A stretch of 63,999 bases of DNA, counting the filler, from Collodictyon triciliatum (taxonomy: Eukaryota): NCBI GenBank assembly GCA_043381765.1. It is 8 parts of 8 records of this genome, joined end to end, with 100 filler letters (N's around TTAATTAATTAA, not from the genome) between each part and the next. Parts side by side here need not be neighbours in the genome. Positions count along the whole stretch, not along the records: positions 31,996 to 39,949 come from JBHJMP010003657.1; positions 40,050 to 47,993 come from JBHJMP010003658.1; positions 48,094 to 56,045 come from JBHJMP010003659.1; 5 more parts are not named here. The stretch is one strand, 5' to 3'. Position numbers and translations under genes: made by a program. This document shows positions 37,419 to 51,500 of the stretch, piece by piece. The notes under the pieces are model-generated. The model was given only the letters and a program-made list of their open reading frames with translations. It was not told the origin of the DNA and did not search any database. Every line of letters starts with the position of its first letter. Within the stretch, counting starts at the first letter, position 1.

Positions 37419-38297
37419 ATGGAAAAGGAGCAAGGGTGGCAGGCGCAAGGACCCCATGAAGAACAACACCAGCAGCAAATGGTTGACGCACTGTTGGAGC
37501 TGCTTTCTCTTCCAGCCAATTCTCACCTTCTGCAAGCTCTGCTAACGAATCACCCCAGCTCCATCCCAGACCCTACTCCTCCTGCCCAAAGTCGATCACA
37601 CTCATCGCAGTTGCCCCTGACAGCTCCTCAATCTCAGCTTCCAATGGCTTCACAAACACAAACATCAGACCAGACACCAGAGAATATCCATCCTCAACAA
37701 TTACTTTACCTCCCCCCTTCTATATCCCTCTCATCTGCCCCACCTCTGCATCCGCTCTTTCCATCTCCTACTACAAACCACTCGCACATACGCTTTCTCA
37801 TTTCACCCACCATGTCAAATCCACTTTCGCACTTTCCCATCGTGCAACCTAGTCGAGTTGGCGATATATCAGCCTCATCAACTTTGGTATTCAACCGACC
37901 AGCCCAGCTACAACTACCTTTGAGCAGCATACCACTAAGGCCAGCGAGCTCTGCCGTTCCACAGTTTAGGCGCCCGATTCCCACTCTGGACTCTCTCCTT
38001 CATTTTGCAACACCTGACGGGCCCTCAAACTCGACATCGGCCCTTCCTGACCCTGCACGAAGAAGAACTGCATTCAATTCGTATGTTGTATACACCCTCG
38101 CACACAGAGAAGCACTCCGGCGCGCAGACCCTTTCCTCTCCAACCGTGAACTCACCCGCCTCCTCGCCCAGGAATGGGCTACAGTGCCCCATTCTGAGAA
38201 GCTTCATTACAGGCGACTCGCTAGAGACTTAACCTGTCTTCGAAGGGAATCGGACACAATGACCCAAGCGCCCCGTGCATCGTCTAGCAGAAAATGA
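37419..38297 (+). CDS. HMG-box protein with a Pro/Ser/Gln-rich N-terminus, intronless
   Basis: 292-aa ORF. The C-terminal RRTAFNSYVVYTLAHREALRRADPFLSNRELTRLLAQEWATVPHSEKLHYRRLA fits the HMG-box consensus. Confidence 0.88.
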   Translation: MEKEQGWQAQGPHEEQHQQQMVDALLELLSLPANSHLLQALLTNHPSSIPDPTPPAQSRSHSSQLPLTAPQSQLPMASQTQTSDQTPENIHPQQLLYLPPSISLSSAPPLHPLFPSPTTNHSHIRFLISPTMSNPLSHFPIVQPSRVGDISASSTLVFNRPAQLQLPLSSIPLRPASSAVPQFRRPIPTLDSLLHFATPDGPSNSTSALPDPARRRTAFNSYVVYTLAHREALRRADPFLSNRELTRLLAQEWATVPHSEKLHYRRLARDLTCLRRESDTMTQAPRASSSRK

Positions 38298-38679
38298 CGG
38301 CGTTTCTCTTTCCCATACCACCTAGGAATCAGGTCTTCCAGTAAGACAATAAGGCACTCATGATCGCATATAGTGTGCCTACCAAATAGTCCTATTTTTA
38401 TTTTATTTTTATTCTCTGCAAGGGTCCTACCCAGAGAAGATTGAGTGCATAAGACTAAATGCCTTTGAAAAATAATTAAAAAATGATGCCACATCTCCCA
38501 GTAAAATAAAGGTTTCGATTGTGTAATTACATCACATTTACTGAGGACGGGTGTTTATACGAACACCAGCAATCAATCTATCAAAGCTAATAAAAAAAAA
38601 ATATAACCCCCGAAAAAAAAAGAAATGGTAGGTTATAATTGTATTTTGAGTATCTTAGTAATTGTATATGGGGATATTT

Positions 38680-39949
38680 GCTGGCGGAGGCGGTACCAAA
38701 GTGACTGAGGGGGGTCAGTTTCCCTGGTTGTCTGTTAATGTGCATCTGAGTTCCTCGATGTCAGTATTTACTTTTTTTTCAGGTGAGATAGGGCGGACTA
38801 TGAGCAGCCGTGCCTATGTGGCCGAGGTATTATTAAAGGGCAGATGGAATGGCATAATAGACAATAGATAGGGCGGTTAATGGAGCACATTTCATGAAAC
38901 GATGGACACCGGCATTTGACACGGAGAAGCAGACAGGATAAGCCATGAAAGTTTGATTATGGATGCGAAGCGGCATGCATCGATTTGAACAAGTCAAGCC
39001 CATCCCGGAGATTGTTGACAAATTACTATGTATATTATATAGAGTGTGGATGATGAATTATCCAGGAGGTATTGTGATTTATTCGTTTTTAATTAAAAAA
39101 AAAACATATAATCGAGAGAAAGCAAAGCCGAGGAGACCAACTTCGCCTCAAGGATAAAAACGAGCTGTGGACAGGACAGTGGAAAACCACGGATTGTGTG
39201 GTTGGAATTTTTGTGTTTTGGGTGCAAGCGGAAGAAAAGAAAAAACAGGATAGAGAAGAGAAAGTATTCTTTCACACGCAGACTATTCTACCCGAGGTGA
39301 ATCAGCTCCAACGCGATTTCTGGTTGTATTCGAGACTGACAGAAGAGCGGATAAAGTTGTGAGATTGATGAAAGTACGCACATAGCAGTTACTTCTCAAA
39401 TCGAATCCGACGAGTCCTTTCAACCGTCTATCTCAGACAAGGTTTACATCCTATTTCATTCCACTGGATGAGTCTTTTGAGGGGGCAACAGGTCACTTCC
39501 CTTGCGTTTCTTGCTGGGAGTCTCAGTCAAAAAGCGATACATCGTTGTTTGTCTGGTATTCATGGAAGTGACGCTTGACCGTCCCCTGGTTTCGGAACCA
39601 TGCATAGCCAGCAGTGGACTTTGCTTCACCGGAGTATAACTATGCGTTTGTGGTTTTAGAAACATACGTTCCTGCTCGCTCGGACTGTTTTTGGTGTGTG
39701 GAGTTCCAAGCTTGGATTCTACTTGTGGTGTCTGCTCATGCTCCTTGGTTCTCGGTGCGACGGGCTGGGGTAGGGTAAACGGACTATCTTTGGTGGGCGC
39801 TGGTTTTTGTGTTGCCTTCGCTTTGGAGTATACTTTTCGGATAAGTAACGAAGACTGCCTTGAGGCCTCCTATGTTAACCATATTCACGTCAGTCTGAAT
39901 GGGTAGTTTAAGGGGGGATTTCTTTCGGGGTTTGGAGATGCGCTGCTCT
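38680..39949 (-). mobile_element. Decayed LINE: ORF1 C-terminus (stop at 39456), spacer and APE-like ORF2 start
   Basis: The spacer is homologous to 17392-17468. TIRGFPLSCPQLVFIL is homologous to ~14100-14140. NNLRDGLDLFKSMHAASHP resembles the APE 'L.D..R..HP' region. Confidence 0.5.
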
Positions 39950-40049
39950 NNNNNNNNNNNNNNNNNNNNNNNNNNNNNNNNNNNNNNNNNNNNTTAATTA
40001 ATTAANNNNNNNNNNNNNNNNNNNNNNNNNNNNNNNNNNNNNNNNNNNN

Positions 40050-40143
<94 letters not shown>
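40050..40143. repeat. (AAT)n microsatellite; further (ATT)n arrays at 47324-47372, 47900-47993 and 57166-57279
   Basis: Directly visible. Confidence 0.95.
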
Positions 40144-40145
<2 letters not shown>

Positions 40146-40609
40146 GCTCGAAAGAAAATTTCAATTATTTTTCTCAAGTTCACATATAACATATGCTTAA
40201 AATGAACAGACCATAACCAACCAATGCCGAGGACAGGAAGAAGCGTTTCTCTTTCTAGTGTAATTAAGTTACAAATATTTTATTCTCGTTTAAGCGATCA
40301 TCTATTTCGAATAGAGCCAAATGATCACATTTAAATAAGAAGCTTAATTTACATAATAGAGTGGATATGGAAGACAAGGAAACGATTTGAATGATTACCA
40401 AAAGAAATTGGTATTTTTTTTTTTACAAGTTTAAACATATGATGTTATTTCTTTAATTTTTTTTGAAAAAAGAACAAACATGGTATATATACGTGTTCTT
40501 TATGTCAAGCTTCTAAGTACAACCCCTACTGTAATCCTAACATATTTTACTCTGAGAGGAATACACCACGGATATACAATGATGATTCATACATTTTAAC
40601 GCATCAAAG

Positions 40610-43600
40610 GACACGAGCACAAAGCCAAGAGGCCCTGGAAGATCGTCGTTTTCTCATACACCAAGAAATACTGGGAGCGCAACTCAATCCAGGTCGATGA
40701 GTGTTGTTAGTGAATCAGCCAAAATAAACCAAGAAACAGGCTCTGATGCCCAAAAAGATACAGACACGAATGGAATCGAGCGATTGAGTGACAGCATAGC
40801 AAACATACCGTAAGATTTTTCGTTCTTTGGTCAACAATAACCAGAAGGAATCGCTTGGATTTAATTAAGCAACCAACGAACTTTCACACCTTGAAAATTC
40901 CTTGTAGCTCATGTGTATATGTTTATGTATATACCCTTAACACGCGCAATAAAACTGTAGATTAGTCCCCTCAAAAAAAGATGTATATACACAGACAGAC
41001 ACTCTTATCGTAAGTTATTGATACTTGTAGGTCTTTGTTCTTGAAATGAGTTTTCAAATTTCAATAGCTTATTTTTTTTTAAATAAATCACGTCTTATTA
41101 GTTGATTCTTTTGATAGAAACAAAATCCACTTCAGCTATTTATTTATTTATTTTAACCTTTGTCTATCTATATTTCATAAATCATAAAATTTCTGCCAGA
41201 TAACTCGATCCCTTCTCATATTTTATGTATTCCCCCTTTTCACACAGACCAAAGTCCTCTATTTAATGAGCTGTCACTCTTTCATTCTTGATGCATCGAT
41301 TGCGTATCCAACTTATATTCTATATTACATTACAATTTATTCTTAGTCATTCGACGTGGAAGTTCAAATAAATGACCTACTTGACGAAGAGTTAGCTCCA
41401 CAATCCGGAATAGCAGGCCAGAGTCAGGACCAGAAACAAATTGAAATGGAGATTCTCCGCCTACGTCGTGAATTGAAGAGAGTAGGAAATTATGATGATG
41501 CTTACCGTTTTCTTATATGATTGATTTATGTAAATACCATTACAGCATTAGGCTATATATTCGTTGATATTAACATATGTAAAAGAAAAATGCAATCTAA
41601 TATTTAAATCTATCTCGCCCCTTTGTATGGCATAACCTCGCTGCTTTTTGAGTCGAATAAAGGGAAAAAAAAATTTAATATTTATTTCATTCATGATGGG
41701 GGATTTCCAGGTGCATGGACTATATATGGACTTATATGAACGCACAAGTAAGATCGCCTTACAGGTGAAGGAGAAGCTTGTTATTCCAGTTGGGATATTT
41801 CGGGCTCGAGAAGATGAAGGTTCCTTACTATTCACTTTCTTCCAGAATGAAAGCAAACCGACGCAACTTCATCCCTGATCATCAAATACATGATAAATTT
41901 ATTAAGTGGTTTTGACTGCAAACTTAATAATTGTGGAAATAGTCTCCCACGCCAACCGCGGGATGGATCCTTTGTACATGCGGGCGTCTGCGTTGTCGAA
42001 GAAAGAACAGGCTGCATCTTCACTAATACCTTTGCCAGTGTCCTTACCAGAAAGAGTTGGTTTTCATGCTTTTATGACAATCTAATTTTTCTGTGTATCA
42101 TATAGAATGTTTTTTTTTCCCGCACCATGATATATTTTAAAAAATTATGATATGGAATGCAAGTGACCAGTTATAGCAACACAGTAGAAAAAGAAACTTC
42201 ATACGCTACTTTGAACATGTGTAATAGGTATACCTGTCCTACAAACAGAAATTACCATCCAATATTAATGGAATACTTCAAAAAATAATTGGAAATCTTT
42301 CATCAGGTATGAATCTACCCTCCTATAGTTTTTTTTCCTTTGGGTTTTACTTGTATCTATGTGCAGTAGCCTAGAGTAGATTCTTACTATACCCATTATT
42401 CATTAAGTCAGTGATTCCATTTATACTTTTTTCTTTTGTTGCGCCTATGACATAAGATAACGAACCATATGTTGAGATTTTTTAATCATATAATCTTTGC
42501 ATATGCTCCAACTTATGTTGACAAGTTATGTTTGTTATGTACTTTAGCTATGTTATAATCAGATTCATATTTCAAGCAGCTATGTCTTACAATATCCGAT
42601 TAAAGCCCGTGCATTATGTTTTAAAACGGATTACTAGTATTCTGTCAGAGAAAGTTGGCGTTCCTAACCCATATCTTTTTGAGCCCCTGAATTTGTTCTC
42701 ATATCAATATTACATGACACGATATGGCTTGCGCTCAATCACCGAAAGGGTAGGCAACGCTCAGTCAAACTCATGCACACTAGATTTGTTCCTATATTAA
42801 TTTATCTATCATTTATGCATTAATTTGAGATATGTCACAGAGAGGGACTACTTTATCAATATTCTTCACTTTTTAAAATATATGAACACCACCGATACAT
42901 AAAATTGATGGTGCCTGTATTAATGACATGGTTTCGATAATGACAATGACAATGACAACGATAATGATAATGATAATGATAATGATAATGATAATGACAA
43001 TGATAATGATAATAATAGTACTAATGATAGGAATAGTAATAATAATTTGTAAAAAGCATATGACAGATTTTTTCTCCAATGTGAGACAACACCGAAATGA
43101 GCACACCAGAATATATCGATTTGGGCAGTTTTGCGGACTTTACGACTCACTTCCAGATAATTGCTACAGATTCTACATGTAAATTACCTTGCATATGATC
43201 AAGCCAGAGATTTCTCGTTTATCATACAGTTTACCATTTTTAAAAAAGAAATATGTAATAAAGATATCTACTTTGGTTACCAACGAAACAAGCCTTAATA
43301 AACAGCCCCAAATTATTCACATATAGTTCGATATATCAGTCGCTCTTTGAATACCATCGTTCATGGCTGGAGTTACACAACGGTACAGTTCTCTTATCAC
43401 AAGAAAGTTGTTTCAAGATTGCTGCAAAGCTTCTTGGGTGAGACCTTTTCCTAATCTACCTTTTTTTTCAGCATTTTTTTCATTCATCCTCCATTTTTAT
43501 ATTTCTCTATATTCTCTTGTTCTCTGTTTTTTCCTCTCTGGTATGCTATGTATTTTCTGTTCATTTTCCTATACCTATACCTATACCTATACCTATACCT

Positions 43601-44293
43601 ATACCTATACCTATACCTATACCTATACCTATACCTATACCTATACCTATACCTATACCTATACCTATACCTATACTCAGGTCCTCGCGCTCTCTCATAT
43701 CTATGCACAATTGGTAATTTAATCCAAGTGCCGATAGCCACCCTGGAAATTTATTTCGCTAAATGAATATAGGGACCGTTCTGGTGAAGTGCTGACCCGG
43801 CTTCAAATCGTTATTGAGAATGTATCTCAGGCAGCAAGCGGGTATATAAAAAGTTTGGATAGACGACATTCAGTTGATATAATTAGTCTAAATTAGTTGA
43901 ATGATGGTATATTGCGATAATCGCCATATTATTACAAGAATTTCTAAAGGCATTAAATTATAGAAAGGTACTGGTGTAAAATAATTACATAATCAGCTAA
44001 AAGCACTATTAATTCGATTTGTGACACTTATGGCCTCCAGGGCAATTAAAGAAAAAATCGTGGACATTGATTTACTAGTGGAGGTCATGTTTCAAGAGTT
44101 TATGGGCCTCGATTCTAGCAATGCGGGAACCGAAGTGAAGCAGCTTTCCGAGTCTGCAGAGTTGGTCAAAGCAATCCAACCTGAACCCGCGATTATAGAA
44201 GAGAATGCAGAGCTTCCGTATGACCGGCGGCGGCGGTCGTCCGTCTCCAGAAGAAGCTCTCTGGCTCATGAAGAAAACAGCACTCGTCCGTAA
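40610..44293 (+). CDS. Multi-exon coiled-coil protein with a TSNAXIP1-like region; both ends uncertain (may continue to ~45900)
   Basis: GT-AG exons give QKQIEMEILRLRRELKR|VKEKL..., LKPVHYVLKRITSILSEK...LFSYQYYMTRYGLRSITER|HMTDFFSNVRQHRNEHTRIYRFGQFCGLY..., and IVDIDLLVEVMFQEF. The family call is from a remembered motif only. Confidence 0.6.
41594..41684 (+). mobile_element. Second copy of the short retroposon, intronic, with a 13-bp near-perfect TSD
   Basis: AATCTAATATTTA (41594-41606) and AATTTAATATTTA (41672-41684) flank ...TTTGTATGGCATAACCTCGCTGC...AATAAAGGGAAAAAAA. Confidence 0.75.
43568..43676. repeat. Intronic (CCTATA)n microsatellite; others include (ATAATG)n 42937-43015, (TTTATC)n 47060-47176, (AGAATAGA)n 30933-31027 and (TATG)n 55945-56045
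   Basis: Directly visible. Confidence 0.95.
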
Positions 44294-45480
44294 GTCTATA
44301 TGCCCCAAAACACTCAAGAAGCACTTCAAGGGCTTAAATTATATATTGTTTGCATTTATAAAGTGCAAGCGTGATGTTTTATTTTATTTTATTCGTTCGA
44401 ACCATTCTCTCTGGTAGAAATAAATAGAAAAAGAAAAAGTAAAATAAGAAAAGGAGCTAAGCATATTTTACCAGAATTAGTATTATCAGTCTGCACACAA
44501 TCCGAGACGAGGCACAGTCTCCACCCCCAGCTACTGTGTCCTTAATTTCCATCCCAGAGCCGTAAGCAGTCACATTACTCCTTTTTTTCTTTCAACAAGG
44601 GTAATACCGCAATCTCTTTTAGATGAGACCGCACCGAGCATGCGCATTTGCATCTGACACCCCGAATAGAAATTGAATTCCATATAACTATTCATTTCTC
44701 ACAGAAATACAGCGCTTCAGCCCTTGGCCGAAAGCATCGCACCAATACAAGTCAAGGTATATGCAAGTCCGTTGCGGAGACACAGCATGGCGACATCAAC
44801 ATTCTTTTCTCATGCCCAAAGCCACAGAGAGTTCAACCCTGAACACCGTGTGCGCAAACAAAGCCTAGCAAACACGACCAGGTGAATTACATATGAACAT
44901 GCGCGATGTGAAAAAAATTATATAATACTTTAGTGGACAAAATACAGTGCATCAGAATCACGTTTCATCCATTGCCCTATGACACCAGAATTCAATTGAA
45001 AGAATGAATGGAAGCAATAGTTATTTTTTTTTTTAAAAAAAAAATCCTCTCTTTGGTTTCTTACCTTTTGCTCTTTTATTTTGTTTTTTGTTTTGTTTGT
45101 CCTTTTTTGTTCATCTTTAGCTCGTTTGCGCAAAAAATCAACACATCTGTAGCCGCTGGCAAATTATCATACTCCGCAATGCTCTCCAGCCTGGGAGAGA
45201 GTCCTGCAGAGGAAGGCGATGTGCAATCCACCACGCAAGTTTTCCATGCACATTCAACACAATACCGATATGGCAGGACAGCACGGCCCAGAGTCCTGTT
45301 TGCACCCCAAATCTCAGTGTACCCCCCTCTCACAAAATCAAATACTATCCACACAAGATAGCAGGCTGCACGAAAAGGCAACCCTTAACTAGTCCCATAG
45401 TGTGCGCACGGCTCAAGCCGCTCGTATGGAAAATATCTGTCAAAAGGTATATATAAAGCACAGAAAAGGTCCCCCCCCCC

Positions 45481-45539
<59 letters not shown>

Positions 45540-46063
45540 AGCAAAAAGAAAAAAAAGAAAAGGAAGGAGCTTTCTAGTCGCAGTAATAAATGAGATATAA
45601 AGGTGAGTTACAGCCTCAATTACCGACGACTTCCGTGATTAGAAGCCAACCGAAAACACGCGCAACACTCCTGCGTGTCTGATCTGTCTCTTGAGCGATG
45701 TTGGTCCCGTGAATGATCGCAACTACCCGACGCATACCACTCGCAAACAAACAAAACAGGATGGGGGTCAGAACAGAATAAAACAACATAGTATATTCTC
45801 CTCCTCGCTTAACCTCAGGCCGCCGTGTACAAAGTTCGTTCGACAAAGACTGACAACAGGCTATTCAATAAGCGGGCCATCTAAGCGACCCTTACTCGCC
45901 CACCTAGCAGATTCACAAGCAGGGCGATAATCTGCTTCACAGCGAGCCCCCAGTCCTGCATAAGCATTTGAGCCCAGTGAGCGCACGCCACTCGAGATAG
46001 TTGCAGAGCCAGACCGGAGCAGAAGAGTAGGAAAGTAGTGGGACACGAACCAACCACACATCG

Positions 46064-47322
46064 ATGGATAAGCAGCAACCGCACACGCCTGATCGGCGCA
46101 CCCGACCTGCTTCGGCTCAGCCCGCCGTGCCGCTTTCCCGCCCACAGACGAATACATACGTTTCGCCGGCTCAAGGCAAGAGTTTCTTTCTCTCTTTCTC
46201 TCTTTCTCTCTTTCTCTCTTTCTCTCTTTCTCTCTTTCTCTCTCAATGACAGACCTCATATCTAGACATAGGAGACCAGGTGTGTTGAATAGACTCACGC
46301 ACTGATGAATAATATTTTGTTGGCGGGTCCTCAAAATATGAAGATGAAGAAAGAAAAGTGTGATGAAGAGACTCACATGCCTTACTTATCCTACGCAGTC
46401 CCCACCCGACGAATCTCCAGTCTGCAGGAGCTGCCTTCCTACTCACGTGCCATAACACCTCCTGGAAGTAGTATTGGTGAGTATTATGTGACTAGAGCAG
46501 CCTTAATTCTTCATCGTCAATCATCTTTATCATCATTCGTCTTTTCCTTCCTTTCTTTTCTTGGATATTTACATTTCCTTCGTACGAGGAATGGTTTACT
46601 TTGTGAGATGACATGATTTTGGATTATTTTGCTCGAAAAGCAGAACGGCACATATAATTTGAACCCTCACTTTACCCTCTCCTAATTCACCATCATGAAT
46701 ATGTTATTATGCTCTAAAAGACTTCCTGTCTTGAAAATTCCCTTTTTCCTCTAAGCAAATACATCAAATGTATTAAGGAATTTTATGCTGTAAAACTTAT
46801 CCGCATTCCTAATATGCCAACACGCTACTGTATAACCTGTAAATGATTACGTGCCAATGCAAATGCCGACATCACACCCCTACTTTCTCTCATATTTTCT
46901 TGATTATATATGCTCTACTGTTTCACAAATGTGTTTGATGGTCTATTGCAGATGACTTTTCAGTTCTTAAGAAATTGGGCGAAGGAAGTAGTGGCAGTGT
47001 CTACAAAGTAAGAGGGAAGCAGGACTCTAAGGTGCTTCCCTTCAAGCAAATCACATTTCTTTATCTTTATCTTTATCTTTATCTTTATCTTTATCTTTAT
47101 CTTTATCTTTATCTTTATCTTTATCTTTATCTTTATCTTTATCTTTATCTTTATCTTTATCTTTATCTTTATCTTTAACCTAATCTTAATCTTAATCTTT
47201 ATCTTTAACCTGATCTTAATCTTTATTTTATATTATATTTATTTTTTAAAAGAATTACGTTTATCAACAGATTAACTTATTACAAAATATTGTATCTTCC
47301 AATATTGACCATATGATAGTCA

Positions 47323-47372
<50 letters not shown>

Positions 47373-47768
47373 CATCATCATCATCATTGTTATTATTAAC
47401 ATGGGCAGTCAATTTTGTTGAAAATGATGTCAACTAAAATGAAGCAACAATTGTAGATTTATGTAATAAAGAAAGTGCCAGTTGGGCATTTGCAGGAAGA
47501 TGACCTTCGACAACCAATATCTGAGGTATAAATACACAAATGGGCTGTCTTATATTCATATCTAACTTCGATTCGAGCCACTTCATTGTTGATGCCACAT
47601 TCATGTTATCATCAATTCTTCTCCGCTCTATCTATGGGGTTCTGAATGTCGTAGGTTTTGATCATGAGAAGACTGCAGCATCCATACATAATACATTTCC
47701 ACGGGTCCTTTGTGTATTTACAGGCAATCTACATCATCATGGAGTACGCCGATGGTGGCACACTCGAG
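46064..47768 (+). CDS. NIMA-related (NEK) kinase, N-terminal part, truncated by the scaffold end
   Basis: Exons 46064-46175 (GC donor, tentative), 46399-46476, 46952-47031, 47458-47526 and 47655-47768 give DDFSVLKKLGEGSSGSVYKVRGKQDSK|IYVIKKVPV...ISE|VLIMRRLQHPYIIHFHGSF...IYIIMEYADGGTLE. Confidence 0.85.
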
Positions 47769-47899
47769 GTTGGTGATCAAAAGATTAATTATTGCTTACT
47801 TGTGGCTTAGTTTTTGGTTTTTTGACTAATAAGGCATGAGCTTTGTACCACATTCCATTCACAATTAATTATATGAATCCATACGACCTACTGAATGCA

Positions 47900-47993
<94 letters not shown>

Positions 47994-48577
47994 NNNNNNN
48001 NNNNNNNNNNNNNNNNNNNNNNNNNNNNNNNNNNNNNTTAATTAATTAANNNNNNNNNNNNNNNNNNNNNNNNNNNNNNNNNNNNNNNNNNNNTTTTTCT
48101 CTTTTTTCTCTTTTTTCTCTTTTTTCTCTTTTTTCTCTTTTTTCTCTTTTTTCTCTTTTTTCTCTTTTTTTCCTCTTTTTTCCTCTTTTTTCCTCTTTTT
48201 TCCTCTTTTTTCCTCTTTTCTTCTCTTTTCTTCTCTTTTCTTCTCTTTTCTTCTCTTTCTTCTCTTCTCTTTTCTTCTCTTTTTTCTTTTTTTTCTCTTT
48301 TTTCTCTTTTTTCCTCTTTTCTTCTCTTTTCTTCTCTTTTCTTCTCTTTTCTTCTCTTTTCTTCTCTTTTTTCTCTTTTTTTCTCTTTTTTTCTCTTTTT
48401 TCTCTTTTTTCTCTTTTTTCTCTTTTTTTTCCTTTTTTTTCCTCTTTTTTCTTTTCCCTCTTCCAGAAACATCCTCTGCCTTAACCGCAAGGTACCCAAA
48501 GGCTCCCGCACTCACTCTCTCGCCGTGTGCTTTCCCACTTGTGTCTCTGCCCCCAGCAAGCGCAGGACAACCCGCAT

Positions 48578-51500
48578 ATGATCATGCCGCAGCAAGGCCA
48601 GCTGGACTGGAACTGGAGCTGGACAACATCCGGCAGCGATGCCGATGCAGAAGCCTCGTGGCTGTCCTACACGCCAGTTTCTTCCTCTGCAAACATCCTC
48701 TCTGCTGGCTCGGCCTCCTCCTCTGCGGCTGGGAATTATGCCTCTTCTACTGCTCCTGCTTCTACTTCTACTTCTGCTTCTGCCCCTGCTTCTTCTATGA
48801 ACAGCTCAAATCCTCGTGCAACACCCAATCGTGCAGGTACTTCATCGATTCCCATGGCGAGACACTCATCTAGCCCCGAGGTACGGCTTTGCTTTAGTTT
48901 TATTAATTATAGAACTTACACAGCACCTTGCACGCGCTTTATCCACTCTCAATCCACTCTTTATCCACTCTTTATTTACTCTTTATTTACTCTTTATTTA
49001 CTCTTTATTTACTCTTTATTTACTCTTTATTTACTCTTTATTTACTCTTTATTCATCTGTAATGTTCACTCAACTCATTCCATTTTACAGAAGACCGAAA
49101 GACAAGTCAAGTATGATATGCAAGCAAACGATGACGAAGCGGAGATCCACACACTCTTGAAGGAGGCCTCTGCAAAAACGTTGCAGTTGTCTGACCGAGT
49201 GACCTCGGCACCGCAGACCATGGATGAGTCCGAGCAACAATTTTTCGTTTTCTCGCGAGGAAGTGATTATGCCGCGTCATTTCTTACTGGCGTGTCTCCT
49301 CCGGACGATATTCATTCATCTTCGTTCATGGGCTCAGGCCCAAATGCTGCTGCTATGAATCCAGTTGCCCAGTCCATCGACCAATACTCTCCGTATCGTT
49401 CGTACAGCCAAACCGACTCTTCTAGGATTGGCGAGCATGTATATTGGATAAATTTTTGTTTATGTTTCTTTGTTTATGTTTCTTTGTATCTATGTATGTA
49501 TTTACGTATGTATTCATTATTTGTAGTCCCCATGGTCTGTGAACAACACCTCTCAAGAAGGTGATTCAACGCTTTTTTCAAAAATGAATGAACGATTCAG
49601 CGGATTGAGCCTTGTAAGATACATTTCATTTTGTTGTTTGTATTCATATATCTGCTTTGGTATGACTCACAGAATTTGCTGAAAATAAAATGTATGGTGT
49701 TTTTATACTTTCATCTAATTCTTGCCCTGTTACCTCGCTGCAGGAAAAGGAGGAGGATCCAGAACTTTCTGGCGCACGTTTCGAATCTCTGATTGAGACG
49801 TCTGTTCTGGCCAATACACCTCCATCCCAGTCCCGCTATATTCGCACACAAGAGGTATTAAGTTGCTTTTTATGCCAAAAATCTATGTTGATTATTCGAT
49901 CTAACCTATGTCAATCTTTCCTTCGCCATTTTTATCGCGTCTGCCAGGCCTCCTATGATTCTGGTGTTTCCCAGCACAACGCTCGCTATCCAGACCACAT
50001 GCACGCCTATCCCGATCAGTATGTGACAAGTGCGAGGGGGTAATTTTTTTTATCGACATATATTTTCTTATCTTTGTTTCTACCAGCACTTCATCTTAAC
50101 GGGTTTCAATGATTTCAAAAATGGGCAAAAAAAATAATATTTTATAAAATATATCTCCATTGTGTTCATAGTCCCCTACCACATAATGGCTACGGGAATG
50201 TCGATTATTACGAACCCGAGAGACATGGCTACTCCCCAGCAGGTACCGAATACCGCAAAGAGTAAAATCAATCAAAGTGCAACCTCTAAAATAATTATGA
50301 AATCTGAATCCATAATTTGTTTTGTTCTCTCGTAATCGACAACCGACCACATAGCAATGGATCCTTCATATGGTTACTATCCGCAACATGCACAATCAAA
50401 TGCAGATTACTCTGCTACCACAGGGTATTCTCGCCACGGAACACATACTGACCCACGAGGTTGTTTCCCTATTCTATTTTATTCTATTCTTGCGCTGCAT
50501 TCAATTGAATGATTTTGCTTTTTTAATTTTTTTATATTCATTAATTATCTATGAACAAGCGTGTATTCTTTTCTATGTGATGAACAAATTGTACCCCAAG
50601 GTAACTACGCTTATCCGCCTCCACCTCCGATGGCTGATATGGATCGAGCTCGCATGAGCCAGAACCCATACTACTATACCAACACCGGTGTCCCAACAAA
50701 TCACCAGAATGTTTCTTACAAACGACCCGGATACTCACGTATAAAATTGAGGAACTTAAATGAATACGAATTGAAATTTAAGAAATTAAATATTTGTGAT
50801 AACATGTAAATAACTCTTTCTGTGAAAAGTAATACATGGAATATCTATTTACGTAGCCAACGACGCGTATCTCCAACGTAATACTTTCCACCAAGAGATG
50901 TATGCCCCGTATGGCGGTGCTGCAATTCCACCTCATCATATGGGTTATTCGCACCATGTGTACTCTGCAAATGGGAACATCGCGGGTGGTAAGTTACCGG
51001 GTTTTCTTATTCCTACATTTTTTTTTCTCGTATCTGCGATTGAATGGACCAGTTATTGTTTGGATTTTATTTTATTACTACATTTCATCATACAAAATGC
51101 TACCAGGAAATCCTCTAATAAATCCTTTTTTTTTTTTTTCAATTGATATCATCTGATTTGACAGACCCTGACCATGCCAGGTTTGCCTACACAATACATT
51201 ATTAATTGAACTATCTTTCAGCTTGTATCTTTCATCGTTTTGCAACAGGTTCATTATTGCCTTTTATATCGTAGTTATCAAAGAGGAATGCAGGCACAGC
51301 AAGATCGTAACAGAAAACTCGGAAATCGACCTAGTATGAATCGATCCCAGAGTAAGAATTAACCAACATCACAATTTAAACCCAACTTGATTTTTTCTAT
51401 TTCTTTTTTAGTTGAGATTATATGTATGTCTGCATAGATAAATTTATAATTGAATTCATTTATCTTCTTTTTTTTTTAAAAAAAAAAATAGTACCAAAGA

